From: an uncultured Eubacteriales bacterium
GTDB lineage: Bacteria; Bacillota; Clostridia; Oscillospirales; CAG-272
Direction: 5' to 3'
Length of the DNA stretch: 64,000 nt
Assembly: GCA_905187695.1 (NCBI GenBank)
Contig: CAJJIY010000002.1
Location: forward strand, 46-64,045
A program made the translations under genes and the position numbers. The notes under the pieces are model-generated. The model was not told where the DNA came from, did not search any database, and saw only the letters and a program-made list of their open reading frames with translations. This document shows, piece after piece, positions 60,385 to 64,000 of the stretch. The first letter of the stretch is position 1. The number at the start of each line of letters is the position of its first letter.

Positions 60385-62004
60385 TCAAGCCCCGACTCTT
60401 TTTCCGGTGTGCTTTGACAGGAAATCCGCAATGCGCTCTCCGCACGGCAGGGAAAGCAGATCGGTTCTTTGAAAAGCACGGAAAAGGAAAGAGAGCGGCA
60501 AATAAAGCAAAACCACCAAAAAAAGCGTGAGCGGAAGGAGCCAATTGCCCGCTCCCCAAAGTTTTGACAAAAGTATATACACGCCGCCGCCGATCCCAAC
60601 CGACACGGCGGCAGCGGCAAACGGCCGGAAAAGCGAACAGACTGCGCGCGTGGGCAGAATCCGGGAAAGACAGATCCCCTGAATGGTCAGAACAGTCAAA
60701 TGACAAAGCAGTGTGGAAATGGGAGCGCCATAAATCTGCACGCGCGGCAAAGAAAGCAGAATCCATTCGGCCGTCAACTTGACAAGCGCGCCGATCCACA
60801 ATGAAACCACCGGCAAAACCGGCTTCCCTGCGGCCTGAAGCGCACCGGCCGTGAAAGCGACCAGCACGGCCGGGAGCACCGAAAGCGAAAGCACAGACAG
60901 CATCGGCGCAGCCAAAGCCACTGCGTCGCTTTGTCCCCTGAAAAGGAAGGAAAGCACCGGCGCGGCAAACACAGAAAGCCCCAGCGCCGCCGGAACCGCA
61001 AAAAGCGTGACCAGTCGGAAAGCGGAAGAAAGCGCTTCTCCGGCGGCTGTCCGATCCCCCCTTGTCACGGCGCTTTTTAAAATCGGCACAAAGGTCAGCG
61101 TGATGGGAGAAAGCAATGTCGGCACCAGATTATAAAGCGGCACGGCCAGATTGCCATAACAACTGTAAAGCAGATTGGCCGCCTCGGGCGCATAACCGAG
61201 CGCCTGTAACCGCCCCGGAATCAGCGCCGTGTCGATCAGCGTGACCGCTCCCATGACCGCCGCACCGACCGTAACCGGCAAAACCACCCGAAAAATCCGG
61301 GCAAAAATGGCTCCGCTGTGAGAAGGCGGCTGTGTATAAACGGCGGTATCTCTGAAAAGAAGCAGGCAAAGCAAAAGGAAAGCGGCCGAAAGCGCCATAC
61401 CGGCCGGGATTCCCGCCACCGCCGCCGCGGCCACTTTGTGGGACGGTGCGCCGGTCGCGGCCATCCGGATGGCAAAGAAAAGGCCGAACCCCAGTTTCCC
61501 GGCGGCCTCCAGCACCTCCGAAACGGCCGTGGGCAACATATTCTGCCGCCCCTGAAAATAGCCCTTTACGGCGCCGGTAAAAGCGCCGAGCAAAAGCGCC
61601 GGGGCAATCACCGCAAGGCACTCCGCCGCGTCCTTTTGGAAAATGGCATTGGCAATCAGCGGTGAAAAGGAAAAAAGAAGCGTGCCAAAAAGCGCACCCA
61701 GCGACAGAAAAAGCCCGAGAGAAAGCCAAAGCGCTCTCCCGGGGTTCTTCCCCGCCGCGATACTTTCGGACACGCAAAGCGAAAGCGCCGTGGGAAGACC
61801 CGCGGCACAAAGCACAAACAAAAGCGCATAGATGTGATAGGCCGACAGAAAATAAGCCATCCCCGTAACGCCGACCACCGAAAGAAGCGGAATCTTGTAA
61901 AAAAGCCCGATGATCTTGGCAATCAGCATGGCGGGCATGAGAACAAACACGCCGCGCACCAGGGTCTTGCTTTGTTTGTTTTTTGTTTCGCCGGAAATGG
62001 GCAT
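60385..62004 (-). CDS. MOP-superfamily flippase (SpoVB/YabM/MurJ-like polysaccharide biosynthesis protein)
   Basis: 539 aa, about 14 TM. N-terminus LVRGVFVLMPAMLIAKIIGLFYKIPL is typical of the family. Synteny with yabM upstream of mazG. Confidence 0.8.
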   Translation of the reverse strand: MPISGETKNKQSKTLVRGVFVLMPAMLIAKIIGLFYKIPLLSVVGVTGMAYFLSAYHIYALLFVLCAAGLPTALSLCVSESIAAGKNPGRALWLSLGLFLSLGALFGTLLFSFSPLIANAIFQKDAAECLAVIAPALLLGAFTGAVKGYFQGRQNMLPTAVSEVLEAAGKLGFGLFFAIRMAATGAPSHKVAAAAVAGIPAGMALSAAFLLLCLLLFRDTAVYTQPPSHSGAIFARIFRVVLPVTVGAAVMGAVTLIDTALIPGRLQALGYAPEAANLLYSCYGNLAVPLYNLVPTLLSPITLTFVPILKSAVTRGDRTAAGEALSSAFRLVTLFAVPAALGLSVFAAPVLSFLFRGQSDAVALAAPMLSVLSLSVLPAVLVAFTAGALQAAGKPVLPVVSLWIGALVKLTAEWILLSLPRVQIYGAPISTLLCHLTVLTIQGICLSRILPTRAVCSLFRPFAAAAVSVGIGGGVYILLSKLWGAGNWLLPLTLFLVVLLYLPLSFLFRAFQRTDLLSLPCGERIADFLSKHTGKRVGA

Positions 62005-62040
62005 CAGGGCATTCCTCTTTTCCCCGGGAAGGGGGAAAAA

Positions 62041-63525
62041 TCAAAGTCCCCGTTCCCGATAAAATGCCGTAATCTGATCGGTCTGTGTGCGGCCCTCATC
62101 GCTTTCCAGATACTCATATGGATACTTGGGGTTGAAAAGGCGGCGGATAACCGACTTTTTCCCGCTTCCCGCCGGCGCATAATCCACCAATTTGGTAACA
62201 GCGCCCGCGCCGGCGGCAAAGATCGAGTGCACTTCTTCCATCATGTCGATGTTATAAATCCCCTCGGTGCCGGGTTTCGCAAAGCCCACATTTTCAAAGT
62301 TCCCCACCATATTTTTTTGCCGATACATATAATATGGCACATAACCGGCTTCGGCGGCGCGGATCTGTGAGTAATCCACACATTTCCCCGCATCACCACC
62401 CCGGAGATTGTAGACCCGGTGGTCCTGCCGCAGGATTTCGGCGGCACGCTTGACACAGAAGGTGTGAACCGTGATATTTTCGGGAGAAAGACGCAGGATC
62501 TCGTCAAAAGTGGCCGAGAAGCCGGAAAAGCGATCGCCCGGCAGACCCACGATCAGATCGGTGTTGATACACTTTATGCCGGCACCCCGCGCAATATCAT
62601 ACGCACGGTAAAAATCCTCTACCGTATGGCAACGCCCGACCCCTTCCAGCACCGACGGAGAAAGCGTTTGCGGATTGACGCAGACCCGTGTGACCCCGGC
62701 CGCCTTGGCCAACGCCATTTTTTCATGGTCAATGGTATCCGGCCGGCCGGATTCCAGCGTATATTCCAAAAGCGAAGAGACCTCCACCGATTCGCCGATA
62801 GTGTCAAGAAGTCTTGCCAACTGATTGGCGGTCAGAATCGTCGGCGTACCGCCGCCGATATAAACCGTCAGCACCCGAAGCCCCAGTTCCCGCACGGTCT
62901 TCGCCTTTTGACGGATTTCGCAAAGCAACAGTTCCAGATAATCCGGGATCAGCGACAGCAAGCGTTTGGAGGTATAGGAGACAAAGGAACAGTAAGAACA
63001 GCGCGTGGGACAAAACGGAATGGAAATATAAAGGCTGCAATCCCGCGGCGTGGGGGTTCCGATAATCTCCTGCTCCCGCAGGGCCACCTCTGTGGCCAGC
63101 GCCGCCTTTTTGGGTATGACCATATAATCGGTGACAAGCGCCTTTTTGACGCGGGTCTTTCCCATACCGGTCAGGAGAAGTTCGGTGGCAACTTTGGAAG
63201 GGCGCACACCGGTCAGCATCCCCCAAGAAGGGCGATAATGAATGAGCTCCCCGGCTGCGCCCAACACGGCATAACCGATGACGATTTTCTTTTGCCGGTC
63301 GCGTTCCAGATCCGTGCGATAAGGACAAAAGCGCTCAGCCTTGGCGGATTTGCCCTCAAAGGTGAACTGCGCCCGTGCCCGCATACCCTCCTCTTCCTCC
63401 CGGAAAAAGAGAGAAAGCGTATGTCCGTCGCTTCCGTCCGGTGTGAATTTGACCCCCGGAAAAAAGATCATACAAAGTGTCTGGACATAATATTCATTGA
63501 TGTTTCCGTCAATTGTCAGTTTCAT
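62041..63525 (-). CDS. hemZ: Radical SAM coproporphyrinogen dehydrogenase-like protein HemZ
   Basis: CPTRCSYCSF radical SAM motif, HemN-like core, extended N-terminal domain. 494 aa. Confidence 0.85.
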   Translation of the reverse strand: MKLTIDGNINEYYVQTLCMIFFPGVKFTPDGSDGHTLSLFFREEEEGMRARAQFTFEGKSAKAERFCPYRTDLERDRQKKIVIGYAVLGAAGELIHYRPSWGMLTGVRPSKVATELLLTGMGKTRVKKALVTDYMVIPKKAALATEVALREQEIIGTPTPRDCSLYISIPFCPTRCSYCSFVSYTSKRLLSLIPDYLELLLCEIRQKAKTVRELGLRVLTVYIGGGTPTILTANQLARLLDTIGESVEVSSLLEYTLESGRPDTIDHEKMALAKAAGVTRVCVNPQTLSPSVLEGVGRCHTVEDFYRAYDIARGAGIKCINTDLIVGLPGDRFSGFSATFDEILRLSPENITVHTFCVKRAAEILRQDHRVYNLRGGDAGKCVDYSQIRAAEAGYVPYYMYRQKNMVGNFENVGFAKPGTEGIYNIDMMEEVHSIFAAGAGAVTKLVDYAPAGSGKKSVIRRLFNPKYPYEYLESDEGRTQTDQITAFYRERGL

Positions 63526-63986
63526 TTTGTGCCTCCGGCAGAAAGCACCCGGCTGTCCATCACAAGGGTCACAGGTCCGTCTGCCTTCATATCAATTTCC
63601 ATATCCGCCCCGAAAACGCCACAGGCAAAAGCGGAAAACGACGGTCTCAGAAACGACAGGAATTTTTCATAAAGCGGCTGAGCCACATCGGGCGCGGCCG
63701 CGGCGAAAAAATCCGGCCGGTTGCCATGCGCATAATTGGCCAGCAGCGTAAAATTGGAAACCACCAGTATTCCGCCCGTCACATCGGTCACGGAACGGTT
63801 CATGCGGCCGGCTTCATCCGGAAAAATCCGGCATCCCGCAATTTTACGGGAAAGTTTTTCGGCATCCGCCTCGGTATCCCCCTGGGCCACGCCGAGCAGA
63901 ACCACCAGTCCCCGGCCGATCTCGCCGCAAAAAACGCCGTCCGCTATCACCGAAGCACGGGAAACACGCTGAAGCACCGCAATCAT
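63522..63986 (-). CDS. dtd: D-aminoacyl-tRNA deacylase
   Basis: MIAVLQRV...SNFTL...GPVT signature. Overlaps the hemZ start by 4 nt. Confidence 0.93.
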   Translation of the reverse strand: MIAVLQRVSRASVIADGVFCGEIGRGLVVLLGVAQGDTEADAEKLSRKIAGCRIFPDEAGRMNRSVTDVTGGILVVSNFTLLANYAHGNRPDFFAAAAPDVAQPLYEKFLSFLRPSFSAFACGVFGADMEIDMKADGPVTLVMDSRVLSAGGTK

Positions 63987-64000
63987 GAATAACCCCTCCC

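Noticed and set aside
62419-63672. 417-aa ORF on the plus strand
   Set aside because: Antisense to hemZ and dtd. Arg-rich nonsense.

Overview
This 64-kb chromosomal window comes from a GC-rich, spore-forming Firmicute. It looks like Clostridia of the Oscillospiraceae/Ruminococcaceae type, inferred only from gene content: spoIVA, yabP/yabQ, an hfs-type hydrogenase cluster and the hrcA-grpE-dnaK-dnaJ-prmA order. Most of it is conserved housekeeping.

Housekeeping content, left to right:
- The CIRCE-controlled heat-shock operon.
- uvrB-uvrA plus a THUMP RNA methyltransferase.
- A Xer-type recombinase, then a glycerol-type cluster (HAD, FGGY kinase, DeoR, GpsA-like).
- ribF, tRNA-Ala(GGC), guaB, spoIVA and a cysteine desulfurase.
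- A YnbB-like PLP enzyme followed by three tandem M42 peptidases.
- murD, a lone type IIA topoisomerase B subunit, adenine deaminase and glyA.
- A guanine-riboswitch-controlled NCS2 purine permease, then mntP.
- A block syntenic with B. subtilis yabM-mazG-(hup)-yabO-yabP-yabQ-divIC, then hemZ and dtd.

The left ~5 kb is different:
- An AT-richer imported cassette (small ORF, XRE regulator, Mef-family macrolide efflux pump with an attenuator-type leader).
- A ~750-nt GC-rich, ORF-poor block densely packed with hairpins.
- An AT-rich gene split at an A8 tract.
- An SF2 helicase carrying an internal predicted membrane hairpin.

The most system-like locus is at 9.85-14.6 kb. It holds two thioredoxin-like [2Fe-2S] ferredoxins, a PAS-containing sensory-type [FeFe] hydrogenase, a SpoIIE/PP2C phosphatase and a group-B-type [FeFe] hydrogenase. 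This architecture is known, but its signalling output is unresolved.

Several reading frames are broken by single-nucleotide indels, which could be real decay or assembly error. No CRISPR array, rRNA gene, transposase or prophage module was seen. All calls rest on reading the ORF translations and the nucleotide sequence by eye. No database search was run.
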